IMG/VR virus record: IMGVR_UViG_3300020598_000119
Length of the DNA: 64,000 bases
Strand: one strand, 5' to 3'
DNA from: a virus
Lineage: Duplodnaviria > Caudoviricetes
Part shown: in pieces, positions 1 through 13,743 of the stretch
Layout: each line of letters starts with the position of its first letter
Position numbering within the stretch: position 1 is the first letter of the stretch
Notes under the pieces: generated by a model
Databases searched by the model: none
The model's input: the letters and a program-made list of their open reading frames with translations, nothing else
What the model was told of the DNA's origin: nothing
Translations under genes and position numbers: made by a program

Positions 1-1605
<1,605 letters not shown>

Positions 1606-1631
1606 ATCGCAATTGATCAATAAAAGTGAAG

Positions 1632-1660
1632 GAGGCGCATTTTGCGCCTCTTATATTTTG
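1632..1660 (+). terminator. Probable intrinsic terminator after pyrG
   Basis: Hairpin gaggcgca-ttt-tgcgcctc followed by T-rich ttatatttt. Confidence 0.6.
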
Positions 1661-1680
1661 CGATAAACAAAAATGTTTGA

Positions 1681-3915
<2,235 letters not shown>

Positions 3916-3924
3916 TTTTGCCAA

Positions 3925-3956
3925 AAAGAAAGGGGCGAAATGCCCCTCTCTTTCAT
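3925..3956 (+). terminator. Probable intrinsic terminator after ligA
   Basis: aggggc-gaaat-gcccct hairpin flanked by A-rich and pyrimidine-rich tracts. Confidence 0.55.
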
Positions 3957-4040
3957 GTATTCCACAACAAAGATAGTTGACTATTCTTCTTTTTAAATAT
4001 TTGTTGGGCAACAACGCTAATGGCGTGGAGAGGTTTTCTT

Positions 4041-4781
4041 ATGGCCACAGATATAAATTTCATCCGTTCCGCACTCGAACAAGTGCGTTTGAATTCTTCT
4101 GACCGTGTCGCACCTGAAAAGGGCCAGAAGACGAAAGAGGTGCTCAGCAATCTGGTTCTCGCAAACGGTGCAACTCTGCGGAAAGTGATTGATGATGTCA
4201 TCGCCGCTCAGAAGAAAATCAAAATCAACGACTTTCCAAGAGAGCACGCTACTTTTGAGAAGCTGTACAAGATCGGCTCAGAGGCAAACAAGAAGGCTGC
4301 ATACGCTACCAGTTCCAAGAAGGGCGAGCTGCAAAATATGCTGTCCGTCATTCTAATTGCGATGTCTTCCATCGAAGACGAAGCGACCATCGCCATCAAA
4401 CGAATCGATAAAGCGTCGGCAAAGCAGGCCAGGCCGAGCTGGAACGAAGCCATCCAGTCGATGTTTGCGCAGGCAGACAGCCCGTCTACGCCTCCGGCAG
4501 ATCAGATTAAAGCAATCCAGACGGCAACTGGTCTCACACCCGTATGGGATGAAGACGAGGACAAGCTCCTTCCCATGGCGTGCTGCTCAAATCAGGAATG
4601 GGGCCTTCTCTACTCCATCGACGGATTGCGGCGCATCGCATTCTTTCCATTCAACTCCGATCTCAACCGAATTTCGGATTGGTGCGATGACAGAAGGAAT
4701 GAACTGGAAAAAGAAGGTTCAAAATTCCTGCATTTTGCTGTTGTTGACCCCCTCGGTTCCTGTGTATGGAAGCGAAGTTAA
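4041..4781 (+). CDS. Hypothetical protein
   Basis: Long ORF with ggagagg RBS before ATG 4041; no recognisable motif. Confidence 0.7.
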   Translation: MATDINFIRSALEQVRLNSSDRVAPEKGQKTKEVLSNLVLANGATLRKVIDDVIAAQKKIKINDFPREHATFEKLYKIGSEANKKAAYATSSKKGELQNMLSVILIAMSSIEDEATIAIKRIDKASAKQARPSWNEAIQSMFAQADSPSTPPADQIKAIQTATGLTPVWDEDEDKLLPMACCSNQEWGLLYSIDGLRRIAFFPFNSDLNRISDWCDDRRNELEKEGSKFLHFAVVDPLGSCVWKRS

Positions 4782-4968
4782 ATAATTCCAAGCAATTTGA
4801 GTAATTAGCCTGATTGGATTGAATTCCAGTCAGGCTTATCCCTTCTGGGATAGCCCGATTTTCACTTATATCCTGGCCGTTTGCGCATTTGTTTTTGGAA
4901 TTGGCACATGGTCTAAAAGCTTCATCAACAAGCGCGGCACGAACCGCCGAATTACAGGAGAAGCTCAA

Positions 4969-5460
4969 ATGACCACCACCAACATCACCACCCTGACCCC
5001 GGCCTCCAACCTCAATCCTTCCTTCTTCCATGGCTGGACTTTCATCAGCTTCGAAGAGAATTATGCTGACGACGCTCTCCCCTTCCAGACCTTCGCTGAT
5101 TTTGATGGCCCCACGGTTCTTTTCAACCCGAGCTACGTCTCTCGAAGCGACCTGGAAAAGCCCTTCGCCGCGATGATCTGGGTTCCTCTCGTTCTGCAGG
5201 GCTTTGCAACCAGCATTCTCACCGAGGCAATGGACTCCGAGGACGACATCGGCGCTTTCACGGCTCCGCGCTGGGAGCAGTTTCGTGAGGCTTTCTGCCA
5301 GTACACGAAGATGGAATGGGAAGATGTTGTCGCTCGCACGGAAGAATTCGGCATCGATTACATGGCAGAGTACGCAATCGAAGCTTTGTTCATCGAAAGC
5401 GGTATCCACGAAATGATCGTCGCCCGAAAGGAAGGTAACGCTACCCTGCGTGTCGCTTAA
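4969..5460 (+). CDS. Hypothetical protein (acidic)
   Basis: aggag RBS before ATG 4969 (MTTTNITT); coding-like composition. Confidence 0.7.
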   Translation: MTTTNITTLTPASNLNPSFFHGWTFISFEENYADDALPFQTFADFDGPTVLFNPSYVSRSDLEKPFAAMIWVPLVLQGFATSILTEAMDSEDDIGAFTAPRWEQFREAFCQYTKMEWEDVVARTEEFGIDYMAEYAIEALFIESGIHEMIVARKEGNATLRVA

Positions 5461-5569
5461 ATAGGACACCATCTATATTGCATTCGGGACCGAATGAGAT
5501 AAACACATCTCATCGTACTCTGCAGCTCAAGCCGCCAGGTCCCGAATGCACCCTTTCAAAAGCAGGTCC

Positions 5570-6415
5570 ATGAAGACAATCCCCTATGGTAATTTGCCAA
5601 GGGGACAATTCGTGGAATTGAACGGCGTCTTGCGCTGGGATGGAGAGCTTTTCTGGTCTTCATCTCATGGCAAGGCGACTGCTCTTTGGATCGCAGGCCA
5701 TATGGTGGAGGCTTATAACGTTCTCCTCCCAAACAACGAACGTATCGAAGAAGTTACTCCTGCTGATTTGTTCGGCCGCCTCTGGCGAATAAAAAACAAA
5801 GACGGAAGCTACACAGTCGGAAGACTGAAAATTTTCGGCTCTGAAATCTCGTTCCAACCAGCAGAGCAAGAAACCTCCTATAGGACCTGGCAGAAGCCAA
5901 GCCTCCCAGACACGATCCTATCCTCCGCACGCCTAAAAGAAGCGGCCCAGACACGATCATTTGCCGAACAGCTATATGGAGCACTCTGCAACGTCGGATG
6001 GCACGACACCAAAAAGCGGACGGCCGAGATTTTGTCCTCATGGTCCATGGCAGCGGACGTAGTTGCCCATCTGAGAGGAAAGAACGAAAACACACTCGAT
6101 TTCCTCTTCGGCGGAGGAGAAGAGGTGGTGACGGATCAGGTTTTGGAGGCCATGAAGGCTGAAGGCCTGCAACCGATCTATCCTCCTGCTCCTGCTAAAG
6201 ACCCAAGAGAGCAGGCGTTGGAACTGTTGGCCGAGGTAGAACAACAGTATCCCGAAAAGACCCCCTTCTGGTATACGTTCTACATAACAGGCTACACGAC
6301 GGACGACACCCCAGAGGGAAGAGTTCACAAAGCGGCATTTGCAGGCCGCATGACCATCGATGAATGGTGGAAGTTTTGGGAACTTTTTAGCTCCGAACCC
6401 TATCTGCAAGATTAA
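5570..6415 (+). CDS. Hypothetical protein
   Basis: Longest ORF in the interval; no confident family; start 5546 or 5570. Confidence 0.7.
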   Translation: MKTIPYGNLPRGQFVELNGVLRWDGELFWSSSHGKATALWIAGHMVEAYNVLLPNNERIEEVTPADLFGRLWRIKNKDGSYTVGRLKIFGSEISFQPAEQETSYRTWQKPSLPDTILSSARLKEAAQTRSFAEQLYGALCNVGWHDTKKRTAEILSSWSMAADVVAHLRGKNENTLDFLFGGGEEVVTDQVLEAMKAEGLQPIYPPAPAKDPREQALELLAEVEQQYPEKTPFWYTFYITGYTTDDTPEGRVHKAAFAGRMTIDEWWKFWELFSSEPYLQD

Positions 6416-6476
6416 AGCATTGAATTATATTCAGCTATTACATTAAAATTGGCCCTCAATACGGAAGGCCAATATA

Positions 6477-7121
6477 ATGACTGACGATCTGGATTTAAAC
6501 ATCTCTGTGACATCTCTTTCAGGCGCAACTCGCGCCAAAAGAAGATTTGACGCGGTTCTTACTATTGAAGACCCATTATTCCGCAACGGTCTTCGCTTTC
6601 ACAAGAAGCCGCATCCTGACCAATTGGTGCTGATGTTTGAGGATGTGGACACTTATCAAAGCACGGTCGCGATGCCCGCTATACAGCACGTTGAAGCCGC
6701 CATCAGCTTCGGACGCGAACATGCTGGTGGAAAGCTCCTGGTTCATTGCAAGGCAGGTGTAGCTCGTTCAACCGCCTTGGCGCTGGCTATCATCGCTGAT
6801 CGACTTGGCGAAGGGAATGAAGCGGCGGCTGTACGGTATCTCCTTAAGATCCGCAAAGAGTCGGCTCCCAATCTCTTCCTGCTGGATATGATCGACGACT
6901 ACCTTGAACGTGGCGGTAAATTGAAAGCCGCCTGGATGTCCGTGGAAAACGCCAGCGCTCATTACGCAGAGCATCGCAAGCTGAAGAGAGAGATGCTGGA
7001 GAAAAATCCGGCCCTTTATAGAGAGCCGTTCCATTGCCTGTCATACAGCGCTTGGCGTTATCGCCCCAATACGCTCATTCGCGAGGGCGTCATCGAGCCT
7101 ACTGCGGCTCCGAGACCCTAG
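6477..7121 (+). CDS. Cys-dependent (tyrosine/dual-specificity-type) phosphatase
   Basis: HCKAGVARS = HCX5R P-loop; upstream FED acid loop; downstream APN motif. Confidence 0.88.
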   Translation: MTDDLDLNISVTSLSGATRAKRRFDAVLTIEDPLFRNGLRFHKKPHPDQLVLMFEDVDTYQSTVAMPAIQHVEAAISFGREHAGGKLLVHCKAGVARSTALALAIIADRLGEGNEAAAVRYLLKIRKESAPNLFLLDMIDDYLERGGKLKAAWMSVENASAHYAEHRKLKREMLEKNPALYREPFHCLSYSAWRYRPNTLIREGVIEPTAAPRP

Positions 7122-8650
7122 AGACGAGGTGAAGGCAACGACTCTCCAAACTGGACAAAATCATTTTCCAGATCGGATGCATGCCTTCCCTTAATGCGAG
7201 TAGCTAATCGATCTCTGTCTATGACAGATTTCTTCGTCACCTCATTGGCCGTGTTCGACAGCGCATATAAATGCCCTGCCTCTTCATCGAATACGCCCTT
7301 GAGGTCGTCAGGGACGTTATAACCCTCATAGAGAGCCAAACGGGCACTGGCATTTTCATTCAACGAGAACTCACTCACCAACTGCTGGATTTCAAAGCGA
7401 TACCGATCTTCGACTGCCTGCCTCTGATCAGGGTCCATGCTCGCAAAGCTGATGCCGATGTTCTTGGCCACGAGCGCTGCGGACTTCATCTCGCGTTCGT
7501 TAGCGACATCACGCCCATCTTCAGAGCCAAAACGGCTAGCAGGCAACGCCACCTTCTTTGCGATCTTTGTCGCAACCGTGATGATGTCTCTCATTGATGC
7601 ATCATGCGGGACGTCAGCCGCAAAAGCCGCGCGCAAAGCCTTATGCGTCGCCTGTGCGAGCACACCGTCCTTGAGCGTGCCAGGTGTCGTATGGAAACGG
7701 CTCTGGCCGTAGTGCAGTGAAGCCTCCTTGAGATCGGCCATCTCCGCGATAACGGTGCTTCGACCACCATCACGAAGGAACAAAAGCGCAGCCGTTGCAT
7801 CTGCAAAGCAAGCAGCGATATGGCGGGCACGAGGAGAGCTTTCTACGTCCGCCTGCAGTCCTTCAGAGGCACCAAGACAGTTGTGAGCCAGGCCGAGTGC
7901 AATGGTGCGGGCTGCGCAAAACTTGCGCGTCTCATCGAGGTCCATACTCACCAGTGGGAATGCTCGACTGCCCATTGATGCGATTTCACGTCCATAGGCC
8001 GAAGGCCCCACAAACGGGGAGTATGGCAGAATGAAATTCAGCGAGATTTCCTTGTTGCCAGTGATCTCTTCCGTCACGCGGCTGCAATAAGGTTTGAAAC
8101 CAGCACGCAGGAGGACGGTCAGGTCATTCAAGCTTCTGATTGAGCCTTCCACGTCTGCAGGCAACGAGCTGTCACGAAGCGATGATGTTTCCCAATTGGA
8201 ACGAGCGACCGCCTGAACGTCAATGACGTTCAATGCAACACCTCGGCGGGCCGCCTCGTCCGTGAAGGCCCCAAGCGCCCAATTCAAATGGTCGTCCTCA
8301 CTGACTGGAGCACGCTCAATCGACACCCCCGTCCCAGGAGAAACGACTGCGGATTTCGAACGAGCCAAAAGCTTGGCGAGCATGCGTGCAGTAATGTCGG
8401 TACGGCTACCCATCATTATGATGCGGTGAGAGCCTTCCATGATCACGTCCAGAACGCTCTCACGCAGATGCATCTCAGCTTTGCCAAAATCGTCAAAGTG
8501 GAGACGTCCAACAACATCCCCGCCCATCGCAGGCTTGATATCGCCCTTGAAGGTGACATCGAGCACAGTACCATCGCGCTGAACAACGACGTATTGATCG
8601 TCATCCCGCTTGGCGCGAACGGTTCCTACAATGACCTCACCTTCTTTCAT
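7118..8650 (-). CDS. Hypothetical protein, 510 aa
   Basis: Long ORF coupled to the upstream 107-aa ORF; ends ...SLPSPRL. Confidence 0.75.
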   Translation of the reverse strand: MKEGEVIVGTVRAKRDDDQYVVVQRDGTVLDVTFKGDIKPAMGGDVVGRLHFDDFGKAEMHLRESVLDVIMEGSHRIIMMGSRTDITARMLAKLLARSKSAVVSPGTGVSIERAPVSEDDHLNWALGAFTDEAARRGVALNVIDVQAVARSNWETSSLRDSSLPADVEGSIRSLNDLTVLLRAGFKPYCSRVTEEITGNKEISLNFILPYSPFVGPSAYGREIASMGSRAFPLVSMDLDETRKFCAARTIALGLAHNCLGASEGLQADVESSPRARHIAACFADATAALLFLRDGGRSTVIAEMADLKEASLHYGQSRFHTTPGTLKDGVLAQATHKALRAAFAADVPHDASMRDIITVATKIAKKVALPASRFGSEDGRDVANEREMKSAALVAKNIGISFASMDPDQRQAVEDRYRFEIQQLVSEFSLNENASARLALYEGYNVPDDLKGVFDEEAGHLYALSNTANEVTKKSVIDRDRLATRIKGRHASDLENDFVQFGESLPSPRL

Positions 8651-8653
8651 CTC

Positions 8654-8977
8654 TTATGCTCCAAAACTCATGCCAAGCGTGCGAGGAAGTGCGTCAACCT
8701 GGTATTCCTCAGCCTGAATTTCGCCTCCAACGAATTCGCGCAGCATAAATGGGCCAGTCGAACACGATTGCTCGTAATCCTCCGCCGACATCCCGTCTTT
8801 TACGCCGTATCTGTCTCCATCAGCGCTAGTAAGGAAAAATCCGTCGTCATCGAATCCGACATTCTCGAATTTCGTTCCGCGAAGTCGTTCTGGCAGGTCA
8901 AGAATACAGACGGTGGCGTCTTTGCCGATCACGACAAGGGCGGCGTCCAGTATATTTTCAGATGTATTTTGGGTCAT
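8654..8977 (-). CDS. Hypothetical protein
   Basis: ggag RBS upstream; stop 3 nt before next ATG. Confidence 0.7.
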   Translation of the reverse strand: MTQNTSENILDAALVVIGKDATVCILDLPERLRGTKFENVGFDDDGFFLTSADGDRYGVKDGMSAEDYEQSCSTGPFMLREFVGGEIQAEEYQVDALPRTLGMSFGA

Positions 8978-9223
8978 TTCATTCTCCGGAATTCTGCAAA
9001 GTCGATCTTCTCACCATGGCCAGCAAGCAACCACCAACATTTTTAGCCGCCCAGAACCCTGAAAATGTGTTTTTCAATTATAATTGGAGGGATATTGCCA
9101 TTAAACTACGGATTAAATCGGGGGCCTGTAAAGCAATTGACGCCTAAGCTGAACCAGCGCACAATAATTCACGGGCATCAACTCCATCCAATGGCGCGAG
9201 CTACGAGGAGCCGGATAAGTCCC

Positions 9224-9254
9224 AAACCCCAGCACCTTGAGAGCTGGGGTTTTT
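9224..9254 (+). terminator. Intrinsic terminator closing an orphan leader-like segment
   Basis: aaaccccagc-accttgaga-gctggggttttt. Confidence 0.7.
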
Positions 9255-9344
9255 AGTTTCTGGTGATAGGTGGAAATTTCACTGAAACCACCATTTTCAC
9301 CAACCAGTGAAATAGCCAGTTTCAGTGAAATTCAGAGTTCAACT

Positions 9345-11033
9345 TCACATTCGCTCAGGAACTTCGATGCCGAGCAGATAAAGGCATTCGGACAAGACGA
9401 CCTCTACAAACTGGCAGATCGCCAACCGCGATGCGTTGACCTTCCCGTCGAATACGACCTGGCATTCGGAGTAGAAGCGGCTGAACGCCTGGGCGACCGA
9501 GAATGCAAACTCAGCAACCTCTTTCGGCTGATAACGGTCTGAGGCCGCCTGAACCGCCATTGGAAAGCCAACGCAGGTCAGCAACAATTGCCGCTCGGCT
9601 TCGTGCTCGACATTAATCTCTCCTGTGTTGCCTGCCGATGGCAGAGTAGCCGCCTTGGCTACGACACTGCGGATACGAGCGCACGCATACTGGAGGTACG
9701 GCCCCGTCTTTCCTTCAGGCGCGGTCATCCGCTCAGGATCAAAGATGTAGCCCGAGATACGATCAGTCGACAGATCGGCGAACTTCAGGGCACCAATGGC
9801 GATCTTCTCCGCAATCTCCTGATTGCCGTCGCTGACACGAGCCTTCGCCTGCTCAACGGTAGAAGCAAGCAGATCGGTCAGCTTTGCAACTCCGCCATCG
9901 CGCGTCTTGAATGGCTTGCCGTCCTTGCCATTAACGGTTCCAAAGGCGACGTGCGCCAATTCGGCTCCATGATCAAAGCCCGCCTTCCGCGCCACTTCGA
10001 AAACCGACTGCAAATGCTGTTCCTGCCGTTGGTCGACGACATAGAGAATCTTCGACGCGCCCATCCCTTTAGTACGCTGCACGACAGTCGCTAGATCGGT
10101 TGCCCCATAGAGGGCTGCGCCATCGGACTTCTGCACGATCAGTGGCGGCTGGCCTTCAGCGACATCAACGACTAGCGCACCATCGCTAACCCGCGACAGT
10201 CCCTTTGCCTCCAGCTCTGCAAGCATGGCTGGCAACGCATCATTCACATCCGACTCGCCTAGCATCAGATCGAAGTGAGCCTGAAGCTTTGTGATGTCGC
10301 CAGAGATCGAAGACAGCGAGACTTCCCGCATCTCCTTCCAGACTGCCAGCAGATAGGGGTCGCCAGCTTGAAGTTTTTGAGTGAGGTTCCGGGCGCTTGC
10401 CAGAACCGCCCCGTCCTCCTTGGCCGCCTTGCTGGCAATCCGGTACATTTCTTCGAGCACATGGACGTCAAATTCGGGAACAGCTTCAGCCGCCCAATCG
10501 TCCGGGTACTGCTGACTGATCTGATGCAGAAGCATCCCCATCTGCAGACCCCAGTCGCCCCAGTGGATGTCTGATACCACGTCATAGCCAACCGCTTTCA
10601 GAATCCGCCGCAGGCTTTCGCCAATAACGAACGACCGCAGATGACCGACGTGAAGAGGCTTGGCGACGTTTGGGCCACCGAAGTCGATGACAACCAGCTG
10701 ATCAGGCGAGACCTTCTCAATACCAAGGTCGACTGATGCCCGCATGTTAAGTACCTGCTTCTCAACGAACCAGGATGCCAGCTTCAGATTGATGAAGCCT
10801 GGGCCACCAACTGATACGTCAGCAAACATCGGATCAGACTTGATCTCGCTCACGATGAGGTCCGCCAGCTCACGCGGCTTCATGCCAGCAGATGCTGCAA
10901 CTGACATGACGTCATTGCACTGATAGTCGAAGCCAGGAGTACGGTTGGGCTTGAGAACCGGGGTAATCGCTACTGAAGCACATTTGGAAAAGGCAACTGC
11001 AATTGGAGCAGCCGCAAGCTGTAAGAAGTTCAT
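9345..11033 (-). CDS. argS: Arginyl-tRNA synthetase
   Basis: DFGGPNVAKPLHVGHLRS (HIGH), GDWGLQMG, KPFKTRDG (KMSKS), GPYLQYACARI, C-terminal PERM. Confidence 0.96.
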   Translation of the reverse strand: MNFLQLAAAPIAVAFSKCASVAITPVLKPNRTPGFDYQCNDVMSVAASAGMKPRELADLIVSEIKSDPMFADVSVGGPGFINLKLASWFVEKQVLNMRASVDLGIEKVSPDQLVVIDFGGPNVAKPLHVGHLRSFVIGESLRRILKAVGYDVVSDIHWGDWGLQMGMLLHQISQQYPDDWAAEAVPEFDVHVLEEMYRIASKAAKEDGAVLASARNLTQKLQAGDPYLLAVWKEMREVSLSSISGDITKLQAHFDLMLGESDVNDALPAMLAELEAKGLSRVSDGALVVDVAEGQPPLIVQKSDGAALYGATDLATVVQRTKGMGASKILYVVDQRQEQHLQSVFEVARKAGFDHGAELAHVAFGTVNGKDGKPFKTRDGGVAKLTDLLASTVEQAKARVSDGNQEIAEKIAIGALKFADLSTDRISGYIFDPERMTAPEGKTGPYLQYACARIRSVVAKAATLPSAGNTGEINVEHEAERQLLLTCVGFPMAVQAASDRYQPKEVAEFAFSVAQAFSRFYSECQVVFDGKVNASRLAICQFVEVVLSECLYLLGIEVPERM

Positions 11034-11085
11034 GATGTTTTCCTTTGATAAATAGATGCGTGAATCCGAACGGCGGAGCGGATGC

Positions 11086-11133
11086 TCAACGTCGTCTTCG
11101 CCTCAACACAAAAATCTTCAAAGGGTTCAACAT
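11086..11133 (-). CDS. Putative argS leader peptide MLNPLKIFVLRRRRR
   Basis: Read manually: aaggaa RBS, ATG TTG AAC CCT TTG AAG ATT TTT GTG TTG AGG CGA AGA CGA CGT TGA, ending 52 nt upstream of the argS ATG. Confidence 0.8.
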   Translation of the reverse strand: MLNPLKIFVLRRRRR

Positions 11134-11325
11134 GACAATTCCTTGGTTGCTAGGCCCTGAATATCAGATGATAGCGGGCGCATCAATATTTATTTTTTCC
11201 CAATTCCGCCCTCAACAAAGGCCGACATTAATCGGAGGAATATTGGCATTTGCAAGAATCCGAATTATGTAGATTTACATTTTCTTTGTTTTTTGATTTA
11301 TTGCGGGCATCGTTAGGAGTTTATC

Positions 11326-12351
11326 GTGCCGCAGAAATTTTTGGTTAGAGTCACCCATGGATCGCATTTGTTCGGAACCAACACCGAGACGTCCGATATG
11401 GACATCAAGTCGGTAGTGCAGCCGAGCGTCGAACAAATTCTTCTGGGCAAGGTCAATTGGTCGAAGGCCGTTGGCGCTGATGACTCGCGCGCAAACACAA
11501 AGGATGATGTCGATGACGAAAGACACGATCTTCTGCGCTACATGCAATTGCTGACAACTGGGCAGCCGATGGCGCTCGAAATCCTGTTTGCGCCCGATCA
11601 GTTCCATATTGGCGACACCCATCCGGTTTGGCGTGAGCTGCAAGCCAATTCTGACCTGCTTATCTCGCGCAAGTCTCAGAAGTTTCTTGGCTATTGCCGT
11701 CAACAGGCCACGTCTCACGGTCTCAAGGGCGAGCGTCTGGACGCGGCCCAAAAGGTGCAGGTCATCCTTGACCGACTGGTAAAGGAAGAGGGACCACGCA
11801 AGGTGCTCGGTGCCTATCTCCATATGATCGTCGCTGAAGTGAAATCACCTCACGTGTCGGAAGTGTTCCGAAAGACCGTCGACGGCAAGGAATTGAGCCA
11901 TCTGAAGATCTCAAACAAGCTTGCTGCGGCGACCATCGAATTGAAGGACGCAAAGGATATCTGCGATAACGTCGTTCAAAACTACGGTCGCCGTGCTCGC
12001 ATGGCTCAGGAAGGCCAGGGTAAGGACTGGAAGGCTCTCAGCCACGCATTGCGCATTGGCTACGAAGCTCTCGAACTATTCGAGAAATCCTTCATCACCT
12101 TTCCGCGTCCAGAAGCGGCTTATCTGCTTGCAGTGAAACAGGGCAAGGTGGACCCCGATGTCGTCGGGAACGAAATTGAAGACCTTCTCTATAAGGTGGA
12201 AGAAGCGTCTGAAAATTCGTCGCTACCCGAAGAAGCAGACGTCGCGTTCATGAACGAAATGGTCATCAAGAACTACGGTGAAGCAGTCTTTGAGGCCTAC
12301 TCCGTTAATCAGGAAAACACCGAAGAAGACGCACTGCTGCCCACTATTTGA
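11326..12351 (+). CDS. Pol-beta superfamily nucleotidyltransferase (RlaP / phage-type)
   Basis: GSHLFGTNTETSDMD = GS..DxD motif; C-terminal DWKALSHALRI and LLAVKQG helical domain; GTG start with aggag RBS. Confidence 0.85.
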   Translation: MPQKFLVRVTHGSHLFGTNTETSDMDIKSVVQPSVEQILLGKVNWSKAVGADDSRANTKDDVDDERHDLLRYMQLLTTGQPMALEILFAPDQFHIGDTHPVWRELQANSDLLISRKSQKFLGYCRQQATSHGLKGERLDAAQKVQVILDRLVKEEGPRKVLGAYLHMIVAEVKSPHVSEVFRKTVDGKELSHLKISNKLAAATIELKDAKDICDNVVQNYGRRARMAQEGQGKDWKALSHALRIGYEALELFEKSFITFPRPEAAYLLAVKQGKVDPDVVGNEIEDLLYKVEEASENSSLPEEADVAFMNEMVIKNYGEAVFEAYSVNQENTEEDALLPTI

Positions 12352-12409
12352 AACTTTCTTGAAGAGCAGTGATTTTAAACAAGGATCGCTGCTCTTTTGG
12401 ATATCTATA

Positions 12410-13510
12410 ATGCGCATTAGGAAGCCGAGTTTTCATCTGGATTCATTTCGAAATACTCCCCGTATTTTCGAAAACGATATTGCTATCTGCCTATCTTCGC
12501 CTGCAGTTCAAGACATCTTGATTGAAGCATCCAAGAAGCATTTCGCGGCCGCATTCCAGAATGACAGAAGCCAGTTTAGCAAATCGCTCGCCAATCAGGT
12601 TGCATCCACTCTCTTTAAAACCGCCGACAAAGAGAAAGCGCTGTCCCATATTAAGCCCACAACCGTGTCGGAGGAATTACGAGCTGAGTGGAAGGCAGAG
12701 ATAAAAAACAGCCGAGCCTTTCATCTCGTCAATGACGCAATGGTCGACATTCTTCGTCGGCTTCATCCAGAAAAATCCATCAACGAGATTTCTGAGGTGA
12801 CATCGGAGGCAATTTCCGACGCCACCATCGAAGCAGGCAGGTCCCACGACCTCAGTCGACCGATTGATGCGGTCAGAGGCATCACCACCATTTGCGCGTA
12901 TGTGCCCCTGCCCGATGGTCAGACAGATCCAACCGAGGTATGTACAGCATTCTGGTCAGAACGGAGCAGCTCGACGACGATCAAGCCAAGCGGGGCGTTT
13001 CTGGAGTTCCTGAAACTGACCAACATATCGACTGACGAATGGAAGTCCGCCGTTCTCGAAATTCATGATCTCGATCTCGGTGGAGAACTGGATGACGACG
13101 CATTCACATTCGAAATCGAGCGAAAACAGATATGGGAGACGGTCCAACAGGAAGCCGACGACACCAGGCCGTCGCTAGTCGACGTCGAGGATCTGGTTTA
13201 CGCCATCGATAATTGCCCGTTCGGCTTCACCCCTCTGGTGTCCTTCAGCATGCCCATTGAGGAGATCGTTCATAGGGATTGGAACACGCCAATCAAGGTA
13301 ACAGGCGGCATTCTTGGTCTTCATGACTTCATCAATGGGAGTGGCGATCCCTTGCGATTTGAAGGCGAAATCGAACTGTCACCGACGATTTCGAACATGG
13401 TGGCTGCAGGCGCACGGGCGAACGACATTGCGTCGGTGCATGGCTTTGTAGATCAAAGTTTCAAATCATTCGTTGAAGACATCACGCCTGAGCGTGGCTT
13501 GACCATGTGA
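12410..13510 (+). CDS. Hypothetical protein
   Basis: Long ORF; start moved to ATG 12410 to avoid overlap with the upstream gene. Confidence 0.7.
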   Translation: MRIRKPSFHLDSFRNTPRIFENDIAICLSSPAVQDILIEASKKHFAAAFQNDRSQFSKSLANQVASTLFKTADKEKALSHIKPTTVSEELRAEWKAEIKNSRAFHLVNDAMVDILRRLHPEKSINEISEVTSEAISDATIEAGRSHDLSRPIDAVRGITTICAYVPLPDGQTDPTEVCTAFWSERSSSTTIKPSGAFLEFLKLTNISTDEWKSAVLEIHDLDLGGELDDDAFTFEIERKQIWETVQQEADDTRPSLVDVEDLVYAIDNCPFGFTPLVSFSMPIEEIVHRDWNTPIKVTGGILGLHDFINGSGDPLRFEGEIELSPTISNMVAAGARANDIASVHGFVDQSFKSFVEDITPERGLTM

Positions 13511-13527
13511 CGCTCCTGATCCTATCA

Positions 13528-13618
13528 AAAAATATCTGCGCTCCTTATTTCACATCCCGAAAATATTCAATCATCGATCCGTCTGTTTCGGCCGATTTAG
13601 CGATGCGCAGATATTTTT
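13528..13618. repeat. 14-bp perfect inverted repeat with 63-nt spacer
   Basis: aaaaatatctgcgc (13528-13541) / gcgcagatattttt (13605-13618). Confidence 0.8.
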
Positions 13619-13743
13619 GTTCCAAGATATTTTCAATAATACAAGGTCAAGATGGAATCCAGAACCTCAATGCGAAATAAATTAGTGGCGTAATCGTTGC
13701 GGACATATTACGTTTGTAACAAATTGAAAAATACGGTGATTCA

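Noticed and set aside
9121-9145. ggggcctgtaaagcaattgacg resembling a tmRNA/tRNA 5' end
   Set aside because: No T-arm (GTTCGA-like), no matching acceptor 3' end with CCA and no tag reading frame found.
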